From NCBI GenBank assembly GCA_963729605.1, contig CAVSNY010000003.1:288001-352000 (forward strand): a stretch of 64,000 nucleotides of DNA, read 5' to 3'. Source of the stretch: an uncultured Gammaproteobacteria bacterium (GTDB lineage: Bacteria; Pseudomonadota; Gammaproteobacteria; DRLM01). The notes beneath the pieces were generated by a model. That model was not told where the DNA came from. It did not search any database and was given only the letters and a program-made list of their open reading frames with translations. Shown here in pieces: positions 1-11,769 of the stretch (the stretch's first letter is position 1; each line of letters begins with the position of its first letter). The translations under genes and the position numbers were made by a program.

Positions 1-152
1 ATTCGTCCGGTACTGGAGCATGAAGACCTTGCGGCCGGCCGGTGTAAAATCTTGCACAGGAAGCCGGGAACAAGCGTGTCACGCAGCTCGATGGGCTGCG
101 CCTGGGGTTTTGCCGCATCGACTGCGGACTTGGTGAGTTTGATCTTAGCCAT
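1..152 (-). pseudogene. int: Tn4371-family ICE tyrosine integrase, N-terminal arm-binding part; +2 frameshift near nt 46-50; runs off the window edge
   Basis: Minus strand from ATG at 152 reads MAKIKLTKSAVDAAKPQAQPIELRDTLVPGFLCKI, then TPAGRKVFMLQYRTN continues in another frame (ATT-TT-ACA-CCG). Matches my recollection of Tn4371-type integrase N-termini. Confidence 0.8.
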
Positions 153-336
153 GATGACTCCTCGGAAAGACGCGGTTTCCAGGAGCCTGTTAGGAGCCAA
201 GCGGACGGAAGCCGGGTCAAGTTTCGGAAAGCACCGGCATAGGATGAACTCACGTAAGTTCTTGATAAACATGCCACAACGGGCTGTGGCGTAGTCCAGC
301 GAAGTTCGGTGCTGGAGTCATGCTGAAACAAAAAAA
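1..336 (-). mobile_element. Left end (attL) of a Tn4371-like integrative conjugative element
   Basis: Minus strand TTTTTTTGTTTCAGCATGACTCCAGCACCGAACTTCGCTGGACTACGCC about 140-185 bp upstream of the integrase. Resembles the conserved Tn4371-family end with its T-rich core. Confidence 0.7.
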
Positions 337-764
337 GCCGTGCGAAAGCGCAGGCGCTCGGGCGCTCCCGCGGTGGGTTTTCGACAAAAGTCCATGCCTT
401 AACGGATGCGTTGGGATATCCGATCAAATATATCCTGACAGGTGGGCAGGAGCCGGACATTGGCCAAGCAGGGAATTTGCTTATCGGAATACAAGCGGGA
501 GCCTTGCTGGCCGACAAAGGCTACGATGCCGATGCGCTGCTGGAGACCCTGAAGGAAAGTAGTATGGATGCGGTCATTCCGCCCAAAGCCAATCGCACGG
601 TACAGCGTCCCTGTGACTGGTATTTATACAAGGAGCGCCACTTGATTGAGTGTTTTTTCGGCAAGATCAAACACTATCGCCGGATCTTTTCACGCTATGA
701 GAAATTGGCGGCGAACTACCTGAGCTTTTTGTCTTTCGTCGCTGCGCTTATTTGGCTTCGGTAA
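330..764 (+). pseudogene. IS5-family DDE transposase, C-terminal (OrfB-like) part
   Basis: Frame from 330 reads KKSRAKAQALGRSRGGFSTKVHALTDALG...LLADKGYD...YKERHLIECFFGKIKHYRRIFSRYEK, which are IS5 DDE motifs. The N-terminal half is absent from the window. Confidence 0.85.
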
Positions 765-781
765 ATGTCAACAGAACCTAG
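330..781 (+). mobile_element. IS5-family (IS427-group-like) insertion sequence, right half only
   Basis: Transposase C-half followed by a candidate right inverted repeat AATGTCAACAGAACC and CTAG at 764-781. Confidence 0.75.
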
Positions 782-820
782 ACGGCCGGCCAGGAATGGC
801 TCTCACTTGGACCGGTACCT

Positions 821-2218
<1,398 letters not shown>

Positions 2219-2363
2219 TTATACCCGAGGTCATTCCGATTGATTCATATTGCATCGCCAATCCGCCAAGAATGCGGAGACATTCTATTATCGGGTAAGA
2301 CGCTTTAATTCCTGGCCTGCTTGGCGCCTAAGTAATCTTAATAAATGAATCGAGCCGGTGTGT

Positions 2364-2999
2364 TTAACCCGGGCCGACCTCCGCCAGCAGCTGTTGCGCG
2401 GCGCTGAGAATATGGCGGCGGCCGAAGAATAATTGCCAGCGGCTGCCGCCGCACTGCCGCCACAGCACCGTGGAACGGATGGCGGCGAGCAACAGGGTAC
2501 GCACCTTGTTGGCGTTGTCGGGATTGGACAAATGACCTTGAGCGCCGGCGACGATGATGCGCGGCGTCAGGGTGCTGATCGTGTCGACATAACAGGCGGC
2601 GAGGCTGGCGATGATATTTTCGTGGGTGATGTCGAAGTGGACGCTTTGCCCGCGCGCCTTTTCAACACCGGCGCTGATCTGCTGCAACATGGCCGGCCGT
2701 TTTATCAGTTGGCGTTCCAGGTGCAGCACATTGACCACGTATTTCACCACCTCGAGATTTTGCGGCGAACGGGGATCGCCGATTTGTTTGATGAGCAACT
2801 CCAGGCCGTAACGCACGCCCGCGACGCCGCCGTATACCGCTTCGGTATTGGCCGGATTGGTTGCGAAGAGGCTGTGCACGCAGACCGCGAAGGCGTCTTG
2901 CCTCACTTTGCCCTCGTGGGCCAGGTCACGCACCAGGCCGGTGGCTTGAAAGATGCCGGCCAAGGCCAGGGTTTGTTCGTTGGTACTGCGCTGGATCAT
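2364..2999 (-). CDS. hflD: High-frequency lysogenization protein HflD
   Basis: TLALAGIFQA...KVRTLLLAAIRSTVLWRQCGGSRWQLFFGR; lies between mnmA and purB. Start placed at the ATG at 2999. Confidence 0.92.
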   Translation of the reverse strand: MIQRSTNEQTLALAGIFQATGLVRDLAHEGKVRQDAFAVCVHSLFATNPANTEAVYGGVAGVRYGLELLIKQIGDPRSPQNLEVVKYVVNVLHLERQLIKRPAMLQQISAGVEKARGQSVHFDITHENIIASLAACYVDTISTLTPRIIVAGAQGHLSNPDNANKVRTLLLAAIRSTVLWRQCGGSRWQLFFGRRHILSAAQQLLAEVGPG

Positions 3000-3048
3000 G
3001 ATAAATAGTCGTTTCGTGATGAGTGATGATGGAATGAATCGCGTCGGT

Positions 3049-4170
3049 TTAACGAAGTAATTCGTCGATGACGCCGCCACCCAGGCAGACCTCGCCTTGA
3101 TAAAACACCACGGATTGCCCCGGGGTGACCGCGCGCTGCGGGTGAGCGAAAATCACTCGGTAGCGGCCGTCGTCGTCGCGGCAAACCGTGCAGGTTTGAT
3201 CGGGTTGACGATAACGGGTCTTGGCCTGGCATTGCAGCGGCAGACTCGGCGGTTCGCCCGCCACCCAATGCAGGCCGTTCGCCAGCAAACCCCGGCTGAA
3301 CAATAAGGGATGATCGTGTCCCTGCACGACGATCAGCGTATTGGACGCCAGTTGTTTGTCCACCACGTACCATGGCGAATCGTCCGCGTCGCGCCGCCCG
3401 CCGATGCCCAAGCCCTTGCGCTGGCCGAGTGTGTAATGCATCAAACCGTGGTGTGCGCCCAAATATATACCGTCCGGGTCGCGGATGTCGCCGGTCTGCG
3501 CGGGCAGATAGCGCGATAAAAACCGGCTGAAATCGCGTTCGCCGATGAAGCAAATGCCGGTGCTGTCTTTTTTGGCGGCATTATGGAAACCGGCCTCGGC
3601 GGCGATGCGGCGCACCTCGGATTTTTGCAGTTCGCCCACGGGAAACAAGGTGCGCGCCAGCTGTTCCTGTCCCAAGGTATACAGAAAATAGGTTTGATCC
3701 TTACCGGCGTCGCGCGCCTTGAGCAGTTGATAACGGCCGGCCGTTTCGCGCACCCGCGCGTAATGGCCGGTGGCGATATAATCCGCGCCTTGGTCCAACG
3801 CGTGCTGGAGGAAGGCCTTGAACTTGATTTCCTTGTTGCAGAGGATGTCGGGGTTCGGCGTGCGGCCGCGGCGGTGTTCGGCCAGAAAATATTCGAAGAC
3901 CCGTTCCCAGTATTCGCGGACGAAATCGATGGCGTCGAGTTCGAGGCCGAGTCGCTCGCAGACGTTCCAGGCGTCGCGTGCATCGTCAGTGGCGGTGCAG
4001 GGGAAACTGGGGTCGGTCTCTTCCCAGTTTTTCATGAATACGCCGCTGACGCGATACCCCCGACGTTGCAGCAACAAGGCCGCTACCGAGGAATCCACGC
4101 CGCCGGACATGCCGGTGATGACGCGGGGGGCGGCGTGCTGCGAGGCGGAATGGAGTTGGCTTTCGGTCAT
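3049..4170 (-). CDS. mnmA: tRNA 2-thiouridylase MnmA
   Basis: [11 protein letters not shown]-loop, [32 protein letters not shown]. Confidence 0.97.
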   Translation of the reverse strand: MTESQLHSASQHAAPRVITGMSGGVDSSVAALLLQRRGYRVSGVFMKNWEETDPSFPCTATDDARDAWNVCERLGLELDAIDFVREYWERVFEYFLAEHRRGRTPNPDILCNKEIKFKAFLQHALDQGADYIATGHYARVRETAGRYQLLKARDAGKDQTYFLYTLGQEQLARTLFPVGELQKSEVRRIAAEAGFHNAAKKDSTGICFIGERDFSRFLSRYLPAQTGDIRDPDGIYLGAHHGLMHYTLGQRKGLGIGGRRDADDSPWYVVDKQLASNTLIVVQGHDHPLLFSRGLLANGLHWVAGEPPSLPLQCQAKTRYRQPDQTCTVCRDDDGRYRVIFAHPQRAVTPGQSVVFYQGEVCLGGGVIDELLR

Positions 4171-4230
4171 TCGTCTATGTCATCGAATCGCGGGCGGCGG
4201 CAAGGGTTCGGCGCGGTGCTGCTGGGGCGT

Positions 4231-4686
4231 TTAAACGGTGTTGGGCACGTCCGCGTAAAGGTCCAGCGGATAACGGCGGCCGGCCAGATAATCGTCGACG
4301 CAGCGTAAAACCAAGGGACTGCGCAATTGGCCGCCGATTTCCAGCATTTCCGGCCGGGTCAGCCACCAGGTGCGGACGATGCCGGAATCGAGGGGTTGAG
4401 CCGGATCGTGGTCGAAACATTCGCCGGTGAAACAAAATCGCAGATAGGTATCGCCGTTGGCCGGATGGACCCAGCGGTAGACACCCAGCAGTGCGATGGG
4501 GCGAAAACCCCAGCCGGTTTCCTCGCGGGTTTCCCGCACCACCGCGTCGAGGATGCTTTCCCCCGCCTCGACATGGCCGGCCGGCTGGTTATAGACCACG
4601 CGTTCCCCGCTGAGCTCCTCGACCAGAAGATAACGGCCCTCGTTTTCAATGACGGCGGCGACGGTAACGTGAGGTGTCCAAATCAT
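4231..4686 (-). CDS. nudJ: NUDIX hydrolase, NudJ-like
   Basis: PHVTVAAVIE and the Nudix box PAGHVEAGES...RETREETG; conserved position upstream of mnmA. Confidence 0.85.
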   Translation of the reverse strand: MIWTPHVTVAAVIENEGRYLLVEELSGERVVYNQPAGHVEAGESILDAVVRETREETGWGFRPIALLGVYRWVHPANGDTYLRFCFTGECFDHDPAQPLDSGIVRTWWLTRPEMLEIGGQLRSPLVLRCVDDYLAGRRYPLDLYADVPNTV

Positions 4687-4713
4687 GGCGAAACTATAAC
4701 ACAATCAGGTAGC

Positions 4714-5289
4714 TCATTCAGCGCGGGAACGCGGTCGGAACGGGGGCAGGACGTACTCCAGTTCGCGCCATTCGCCCGGTTGCAGATCGCCGAGTTGCCA
4801 GGGACCGACGGCATGCCGTACCAGGCGCAAGGTCGGATGGCCGACCGCGGCGGTCATGCGCCGCACCTGGCGATTGCGGCCCTCGCGCAGGCTGATGTCC
4901 AGCCAGGTGGTGGGGATGGCGGCGCGAAAACGGATGGGCGGGGTGCGCGGCCACAGCGCCGGCTCGGTGATGGCGCGCGCCTCGGCAGGCGCGGTCGGTC
5001 CGTCGTTGAGCGATACGCCGTTTCGCAATTGTGCCAGCGCTGCGGCGGAAGGCAGGCCTTCGACCTGCACCCAATAACGTTTGTCGAGTTTGTGGCGGGG
5101 ATCGCTGATGCGGTGCTGGGTGGGGCCGTCATCGGTGAGCACGACCAGCCCTTCGCTGTCGCGATCGAGCCGGCCGGCGGCGTAAACATTCTTCACCGGA
5201 ATAAAATCCGCGAGGGTCCGGCGGCCGCCGCCGTCGGTGAACTGGCAGAGCACGTCGTAGGGTTTGTTGAACAATAGAATCTTTGCCAT
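4714..5289 (-). CDS. rluE: 23S rRNA pseudouridine synthase E
   Basis: [33 protein letters not shown]; divergent from icd. Confidence 0.92.
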   Translation of the reverse strand: MAKILLFNKPYDVLCQFTDGGGRRTLADFIPVKNVYAAGRLDRDSEGLVVLTDDGPTQHRISDPRHKLDKRYWVQVEGLPSAAALAQLRNGVSLNDGPTAPAEARAITEPALWPRTPPIRFRAAIPTTWLDISLREGRNRQVRRMTAAVGHPTLRLVRHAVGPWQLGDLQPGEWRELEYVLPPFRPRSRAE

Positions 5290-5368
5290 GTGTTTTGAGT
5301 TAGCGGCGTCGCGAAACGAACTGCTACAATGCGGCCTTTGTGATTTGTGCCATTTCCAGGAGTCGTCG

Positions 5369-6625
5369 ATGTCCTACGAAAAAATCAAAGTGCCCTCTAA
5401 TGGGGCGGCTATCCTTGCCCAGGCCAATGGCGCATTGCAAGTGCCCGACCGGCCCATTATCCCCTTTATCGAGGGCGACGGCATCGGCGTGGACGTGACT
5501 CCGGTGATGCACGCAGTGGTGGATGCCGCGCTGGCCAAGGCCTACGGGCAGAAGCGGTCGATCGCCTGGATGGAAATCTACGCCGGCGAAAAGGCCACCA
5601 AGATCTACGGCCAGGACGTGTGGCTGCCGGCGGAGACACTGACCGCGCTGCGCGAATTTTCCGTGGGCATCAAAGGGCCGCTCACCACGCCGGTGGGCGG
5701 CGGCATCCGCTCGCTGAACGTCGCGCTGCGCCAGGACCTCGATCTTTATCTCTGCTTGCGGCCGGTGCGTTACTACCCCGGCACGCCGAGCCCGGTGAAG
5801 GCGCCGGAAAAGGTCGATATGGTGATTTTCCGCGAGAATTCGGAGGATATATACGCCGGCATCGAATGGGCCGCGGAAACACCCGAGGCCAAGAAGCTCA
5901 TCGAGTTCCTGCAAAAAGAGATGGGCGTGAAAAAGATCCGTTTCCCGGCGACCTCCGGCATCGGCATCAAGCCGGTGTCGCGCGAGGGCACGCAACGGCT
6001 GGTGCGCAAGGCCATCCAATACGCCATCGACAACAACCGTAAATCGATTACCCTGGTGCACAAGGGCAATATCATGAAGTTCACCGAGGGTGCCTTCAAG
6101 AATTGGGGATACGAACTCGCGAAGCAGGAATTTGGCGCGGTCGAGATCGACAAAGGTCCCTGGTGCAAAATCAAAAATCCCAACACCGGTGCGGACATCC
6201 TCATCAAGGACAGCATCGCCGATGCCTTTTTGCAAGAAATCCTGCTGCGTCCCAGCGAATTCGACGTGATCGCCACCCTCAATCTCAACGGCGATTACAT
6301 CTCCGATGCGCTGGCGGCGCAGGTGGGAGGTATCGGCATCGCCCCCGGCGCGAATCTCTCCGACACCATCGGCCTGTTCGAGGCCACTCATGGCACCGCG
6401 CCCAAATACGCGGGTAAGGATATGGTCAACCCCAGTTCGCTGATCCTGTCGGCCGAGATGATGCTGCGTCACCTGGGTTGGACCGAGGCGGCGGATTTGA
6501 TCGTCAAAGGGGTGGGCGGGGCGATTGCGGCCGGCACCGTCACATATGATCTGGCCCGGCTCATGTCCGGCGCGACTGAACTGAGTTGTTCAGATTTTGG
6601 GCGGGCGGTGATAGGAAGAATGTGA
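5369..6625 (+). CDS. icd: NADP-dependent isocitrate dehydrogenase
   Basis: [46 protein letters not shown]. Confidence 0.97.
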   Translation: MSYEKIKVPSNGAAILAQANGALQVPDRPIIPFIEGDGIGVDVTPVMHAVVDAALAKAYGQKRSIAWMEIYAGEKATKIYGQDVWLPAETLTALREFSVGIKGPLTTPVGGGIRSLNVALRQDLDLYLCLRPVRYYPGTPSPVKAPEKVDMVIFRENSEDIYAGIEWAAETPEAKKLIEFLQKEMGVKKIRFPATSGIGIKPVSREGTQRLVRKAIQYAIDNNRKSITLVHKGNIMKFTEGAFKNWGYELAKQEFGAVEIDKGPWCKIKNPNTGADILIKDSIADAFLQEILLRPSEFDVIATLNLNGDYISDALAAQVGGIGIAPGANLSDTIGLFEATHGTAPKYAGKDMVNPSSLILSAEMMLRHLGWTEAADLIVKGVGGAIAAGTVTYDLARLMSGATELSCSDFGRAVIGRM

Positions 6626-6639
6626 CGCTAAGCACTTCG

Positions 6640-6661
6640 CTGCGGGCTGAAAGGCCCGCAG
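6640..6661. terminator. Hairpin between convergent icd and cspD
   Basis: CTGCGGGC-TGAAAG-GCCCGCAG; no strong U-tract. Confidence 0.5.
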
Positions 6662-6687
6662 GGTCAGCGCAGTGATACTAAAAAGGC

Positions 6688-6933
6688 CTAGTTGATGGTG
6701 TCGGTGTTCGTCTCGGCTCCGATCAGAGCCGGGCGAATGCTCGCCGCCATCCAGCCTTTGGGTCCCTGTTGGATTTGAAATTCGACCTTCTGTCCTTGTT
6801 TGAGGGTACGGTAGCCTTCCATTTCGATGGCGGAAAAATGGGCAAATACCTCTTCGCCCCCTTCATCAGGCAGAATGAACCCATACCCCTTGGCGTTGCT
6901 AAACCACTTTACTATTCCAGTAGCGGTTTTCAT
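6688..6933 (-). CDS. cspD: Cold-shock domain protein CspD
   Basis: GIVKWFSNAKGYGFI and VFAHFSAI RNP motifs; divergent from clpS. Confidence 0.92.
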   Translation of the reverse strand: MKTATGIVKWFSNAKGYGFILPDEGGEEVFAHFSAIEMEGYRTLKQGQKVEFQIQQGPKGWMAASIRPALIGAETNTDTIN

Positions 6934-7203
6934 CTTATAACATCTCCGCAATATTGCGGCTAAGGCCGCTTATTTCATTGCCAGAGATCCGTGGTACAGC
7001 TTGGACCTCGATCCCCGCTCGTAACCGCATGAGCATCTTGAACTTAAGCATAGACACTCTCATCTAACTCAGTATCATTGTCAAGTATGGGGTTAGAAGT
7101 TATGAAGGCGCTGGCTACTGGCGCCGGATGTCCCGAGTGGTTGGCTTATGTATACACTCAAGGGATTCCTAAATTCGTTCGTTATATTGAGTAGGCATGA
7201 CAT

Positions 7204-7524
7204 ATGAGTGTACGGCGTGACCCGATCCCCGGCGACGGGGTGGCCACCAAAGAGGCAAAACCGGAGTTGAAGCAGCCGCCTTTGTATAAGGTGGTGATAT
7301 TGAATGACGACTACACCCCCATGGATTTCGTGGTGGAGGTTTTGCAAAAGTTCTTCGGCATGGACCAGGAGAAGGCGACACAGATCATGTTACATGTACA
7401 CACGCGAGGTGCGGGAGTCTGTGGTGTTTATACCCGTGACGTGGCGGAAACCAAGGTCCATCAGGTCAACCGTTACGCTCGTGAGAATCAGCACCCTTTG
7501 ATGTGTACGATGGAGCAGACGTAA
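7204..7524 (+). CDS. clpS: Clp protease adaptor ClpS
   Basis: [17 protein letters not shown]...HPLMCTME. Confidence 0.97.
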   Translation: MSVRRDPIPGDGVATKEAKPELKQPPLYKVVILNDDYTPMDFVVEVLQKFFGMDQEKATQIMLHVHTRGAGVCGVYTRDVAETKVHQVNRYARENQHPLMCTMEQT

Positions 7525-7552
7525 TGCGACGTAAGGAAGTAGAGGTAACGGT

Positions 7553-9832
7553 ATGTTAAGTCAAGATTTGGAAAGTACGCTTAACTCAGTGTTTCGTGAG
7601 GCGCGTGATCGCCTGCACGAATTCGTCACTGTGGAGCACCTGTTGTTGGCGCTGCTCACCAATACCGTTGCTACCAAAGTCCTTCAGGCCTGTGGCTCGG
7701 ACATTGAGCAGTTGAAGAAAGAACTGAACCGGTTTATCGAAGAGACTACCCCCCATCTCGCCCCGGATGACGGGCGGGAGATCCAGCCGACCCTGGGATT
7801 TCAAAGAGTGTTGCAACGGGCGGTTTTTCATGTGCAATCCTCGGGCAAAAAAGAGGTGACCGGGGCCAATGTGCTGGTGGCCATCTACAGTGAACAAGAC
7901 TCCCAGGCCGTCTTCCTGCTCAACCGGCAAAACGTCAGCCGCCTCGACATAGTGAATTACATTTCCCATGGCATTTCCAAGATCCATGGTGAGGAAGACG
8001 ACGCGGATCATCTGTCGTCCTCAAACAATGACGAAGAGATGGGTGAGGCGCCGGCCAAGACCCCATTGGAAAATTTTGCAACCAACCTCAATGAGTTGGC
8101 TAAACAAGATAAGATTGATCCTTTAATTGGTCGTCAGGACGAAATCCTGAGGACCGTGCAGATATTGTGTCGTCGCCGGAAAAATAATCCGCTCTTTGTC
8201 GGTGAAGCCGGTGTGGGCAAGACCGCGCTCGCCGAAGGCTTGGCCAAGATGATCGTAGACGGCAAAGTACCGTCGGTCATCGCCGACAGTACGGTTTACT
8301 CTTTGGATTTGGGCGCGCTGCTGGCGGGCACCAAATACCGTGGCGATTTTGAAAAACGCTTGAAGGCGGTGCTGGCCCAGTTGGCGCGGGAGCCGGGCAG
8401 CATCCTGTTCATCGACGAGATTCACACCATCATCGGCGCCGGGGCGGCCTCGGGCGGCGTGATGGACGCCTCCAATTTGATCAAACCGGCGCTTACCTCG
8501 GGCCGGATGCGCTGCATCGGTTCCACCACCTATCAGGAATACCGCGGCATCTTTGAAAAAGACCGGGCGCTGGCCCGCCGTTTTCAAAAGATCGACGTCG
8601 ATGAACCCTCGGTGGCGGATACGGTGGAAATTCTGCGCGGCCTCAAATCTCGTTTCGAGAAACATCACGGCGTGAAATACGCGCGCGGCGCTTTGCAGGC
8701 GGCGGCCGAGCTGTCGGCCCGCTATATCAATGAACGGCATTTGCCCGATAAGGCCATCGACGTCATCGACGAGGCGGGGGCCACCCAGCAACTTCTTGCG
8801 CCCTCCAAGCGCAAAAAGATCATCGGCGTCACCGAGGTGGAAAACGTGGTGGCGAAGATGGCGCGCATCCCGCCCAAGAGCGTGTCCGCTTCCGACAAAG
8901 AATCGCTGCGCAATCTGGAACGCGATCTCAAACTGATGGTGTACGGCCAGGACGAGGCCATCGACGCGCTTGCCACCGCCATCAAAATGGCCCGCTCGGG
9001 TTTGGGACACGCGCAAAAACCGGTGGGCTCCTTCCTGTTCGCCGGCCCCACCGGTGTGGGCAAAACCGAGGTCTCGCGGCAATTGGCCAAGGTCCTCGGT
9101 ATCGAACTCATACGTTTCGATATGTCGGAATACATGGAGCGCCACACCGTTTCACGTTTGATCGGCGCGCCGCCCGGTTATGTCGGTTTTGATCAAGGCG
9201 GTTTGTTGACCGAGGCCGTCACCAAACATCCCCATGCGGTTTTGCTGCTGGACGAGATCGAAAAGGCCCATCCGGATGTGTACAACCTGTTATTGCAGGT
9301 GATGGACCACGGCACCCTCACCGACAACAACGGGCGCAAGGCCGACTTCCGCAATGTGATCGTGATCATGACCACCAACGCCGGCAGCGAACAAAGCAGT
9401 CGTCGCTCCATGGGTTTTACCCATCAAGATCATTCCAGCGACAGCATGGAAGTCATCAAGAAGGCCTTTACCCCGGAGTTTCGCAATCGCTTGGACGGCA
9501 TCATCCAGTTCCATCAATTGGACGAGACTACCGTGAGCCATGTGGTGGACAAGTTCATCGCCGAATTGGAGGCCCAGCTCGAAGAGAAGCAAGTCACTCT
9601 GGAGGTGGACGATGCGGCGCGCCGCTGGCTGGCTAAACACGGGTTTGATCCGCAGATGGGCGCCCGGCCGATGGCCCGGGTAATCCAGGAACAGATCAAA
9701 AAACCCTTGGCGGGCGAATTGCTGTTCGGCAAGCTCACCACCGGCGGTCATGTCTCCATCTCCGCGCAGGGCGATCAGCTCACCTTTGCATACGAAACCA
9801 GTGAAGTGGCACGGGTGCCGGAGCAAGTTTGA
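7553..9832 (+). CDS. clpA: ATP-dependent Clp protease ATP-binding subunit ClpA
   Basis: Two AAA modules ([16 protein letters not shown]); follows clpS. Confidence 0.97.
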   Translation: MLSQDLESTLNSVFREARDRLHEFVTVEHLLLALLTNTVATKVLQACGSDIEQLKKELNRFIEETTPHLAPDDGREIQPTLGFQRVLQRAVFHVQSSGKKEVTGANVLVAIYSEQDSQAVFLLNRQNVSRLDIVNYISHGISKIHGEEDDADHLSSSNNDEEMGEAPAKTPLENFATNLNELAKQDKIDPLIGRQDEILRTVQILCRRRKNNPLFVGEAGVGKTALAEGLAKMIVDGKVPSVIADSTVYSLDLGALLAGTKYRGDFEKRLKAVLAQLAREPGSILFIDEIHTIIGAGAASGGVMDASNLIKPALTSGRMRCIGSTTYQEYRGIFEKDRALARRFQKIDVDEPSVADTVEILRGLKSRFEKHHGVKYARGALQAAAELSARYINERHLPDKAIDVIDEAGATQQLLAPSKRKKIIGVTEVENVVAKMARIPPKSVSASDKESLRNLERDLKLMVYGQDEAIDALATAIKMARSGLGHAQKPVGSFLFAGPTGVGKTEVSRQLAKVLGIELIRFDMSEYMERHTVSRLIGAPPGYVGFDQGGLLTEAVTKHPHAVLLLDEIEKAHPDVYNLLLQVMDHGTLTDNNGRKADFRNVIVIMTTNAGSEQSSRRSMGFTHQDHSSDSMEVIKKAFTPEFRNRLDGIIQFHQLDETTVSHVVDKFIAELEAQLEEKQVTLEVDDAARRWLAKHGFDPQMGARPMARVIQEQIKKPLAGELLFGKLTTGGHVSISAQGDQLTFAYETSEVARVPEQV

Positions 9833-9935
9833 GTCATCCGAGATATGGCACTGCGCCGCACCGTGAGAGGCGCGGTACAGTGCCTCTCATAAGATCGACG
9901 CGTGGCGGGCGCAAATAGAAACTGGATGAAATATC

Positions 9936-10154
9936 TCAACGGGCGCGGAAACTGATGCGTCCCTTGCTGAGATCGTAGGGGGTCAACTGTACGGTTACCT
10001 TATCGCCGGTCAATATCCGGATATAGTGTTTGCGCATCTTGCCCGAAATGTGGGCAGTCACCACATGGCCGTTGTCCAGCTGGACACGGAACATGGTGTT
10101 GGGCAGGGTTTCGATGACAGTCCCTTCCATCTCGATATGGTCTTCTTTCGCCAT
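9936..10154 (-). CDS. infA: Translation initiation factor IF-1
   Basis: [11 protein letters not shown]...[20 protein letters not shown]. Confidence 0.97.
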   Translation of the reverse strand: MAKEDHIEMEGTVIETLPNTMFRVQLDNGHVVTAHISGKMRKHYIRILTGDKVTVQLTPYDLSKGRISFRAR

Positions 10155-10321
10155 ACGGCAACCGCTCTCCATTAATTCAACGGGGTGATTTGCCCAAGGA
10201 GATCCCCTGGGGCTGTTAATTTAGAAGGCGCATATTGCCCGAACTGGGGGAATTTTTCAAAGGCGGGTGATCGGGAGCAAGCGGGCGATCGGCGCGAACC
10301 GGCTAAAACACACCGTTAATT

Positions 10322-11056
10322 TCAAGGTAAGTAGGGCTGCCAGCGTCCTTGCCGCAAGATTTCCATGGGCCGGAATTGATTCTTGTAAGCCATTTTCCGG
10401 CATTGTTCGACCCAATAACCGAGATAAAGCCAGGGCAGCCCCAGCCGCCGGCATTCTTGAATTTGCCACAACACGGCGAAATTGCCCATGCTGCGCTGGG
10501 CCTGGTCCGGGTCGAAGTAGGTATACACCGCGGACCAGCCTTGTTGAAGTTGGTCGATCACCGCCACGGCCAGCAGATTTTCCTGATCGCGGATTTCCGC
10601 GCACCAGGTGTCGCTCCACGGGCTGATGAAGAAGGAGGCGTATTGGGCCGGATCATTCACGTCCATGCCGCCGCCCGGATGACGGGCCGCGATGTAGCGG
10701 CGATAAAGGCTAAAGTGCGCGGCGTCGTAACGGGCGGGCAGCAGGCGGACCCGCAGGTCTTGGTTGCGTTGCCAGATCCGGCGTTGACGGCGGGACGGGA
10801 CAAAAGCGTCCACGGGGATGCGCACCGGCACGCAGGCGTCGCATTGACGGCAGCGCGGCCGGTACACCAGATCGCCGCTGCGGCGGAATCCCAGATCCAC
10901 CAGTTCGCTGTAAATAGCCGGACTCATGGCCAGGGCGGGGTCCACGAACTGGGTTGAGGCGACTTCCGCCGGCAGATAACCACACACATGGGGGGCGCCC
11001 GCATATAACTTCAGGGTGCGCTGTGGCGGATGAGGTTTGCCCGGATTTTTATTCAC
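10322..11056 (-). CDS. bpt: Arginyltransferase-like Asp/Glu leucyltransferase (Ate/Bpt)
   Basis: CGYLP, GFRRSG, YRPRCRQCDAC, SAVYTYFDPD, YLGYWV. Confidence 0.9.
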   Translation of the reverse strand: MNKNPGKPHPPQRTLKLYAGAPHVCGYLPAEVASTQFVDPALAMSPAIYSELVDLGFRRSGDLVYRPRCRQCDACVPVRIPVDAFVPSRRQRRIWQRNQDLRVRLLPARYDAAHFSLYRRYIAARHPGGGMDVNDPAQYASFFISPWSDTWCAEIRDQENLLAVAVIDQLQQGWSAVYTYFDPDQAQRSMGNFAVLWQIQECRRLGLPWLYLGYWVEQCRKMAYKNQFRPMEILRQGRWQPYLP

Positions 11057-11769
11057 GCCGAATTATCCGCCGCCGCGGTCCGCCACGGCGCGGACCGGGG
11101 TTCCTGATCGCACCATTGATCGAGTTGGGCGATAAACTCGCGGCGCGGGATGAGGGTGGCGCCGAAGCGGGTGAGATGTTGGGAGACGACTTGGCAATCG
11201 ATGAGTCGATAGCCGCACGCCCGCAATTGGGTGACGGCCTGGGCAAAGGCCACTTTGGAGGCGTCGCGGCGCCGGCTGAACATGGATTCGCCGAAGAATA
11301 CCCGGCCGATCGCCACCCCATACAGCCCGCCCACTAATAGCCCTCGATGCCAAGTCTCGATCGAATGGGCATGACCCAGCCGGTGCAATTGGCAATAGGC
11401 CTCGATCATCTCCTCGGTCAACCAAGTCCCCAAGCCATCGGCGCGCGGCAGGGCGCACTGGCGAATGACCTCGGCGAAGGCTTGATCGAAGCTCACGGTG
11501 TAGTCGCCTTTGCGCAGCGTCTTGGCCAGACTGCGTGAGATGTGCAACGCCTCCGGATAAAGTACCGCCCGCGGGTCCGGCGACCACCAGAGTATCGGCT
11601 GGCCCGCGCTGTACCAGGGAAAGATGCCGAGTCGGTAGGCGTTGAGTAGACGCTGCGGGCTGAGATGGCCGCCCGCCGCGAGCAAGCCGTCGGGTTCGCT
11701 GAGGGCGAGCGCCACGTCGGGAAAGGCGACGTCGTCGTCCCGCGGGTCCAGCCAGCAGAGCTTGGTCAC
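11053..11769 (-). CDS. aat: Leucyl/phenylalanyl-tRNA-protein transferase
   Basis: GIFPWY, ILWWSPDPR, FFGESMFS. Confidence 0.96.
   Translation of the reverse strand: MTKLCWLDPRDDDVAFPDVALALSEPDGLLAAGGHLSPQRLLNAYRLGIFPWYSAGQPILWWSPDPRAVLYPEALHISRSLAKTLRKGDYTVSFDQAFAEVIRQCALPRADGLGTWLTEEMIEAYCQLHRLGHAHSIETWHRGLLVGGLYGVAIGRVFFGESMFSRRRDASKVAFAQAVTQLRACGYRLIDCQVVSQHLTRFGATLIPRREFIAQLDQWCDQEPRSAPWRTAAADNSA

Noticed and set aside
52-562. Plus-strand ORFs 52-294 and 320-562
   Set aside because: They overlap the integrase antisense strand, the att region or an alternative transposase frame, and have no independent support.
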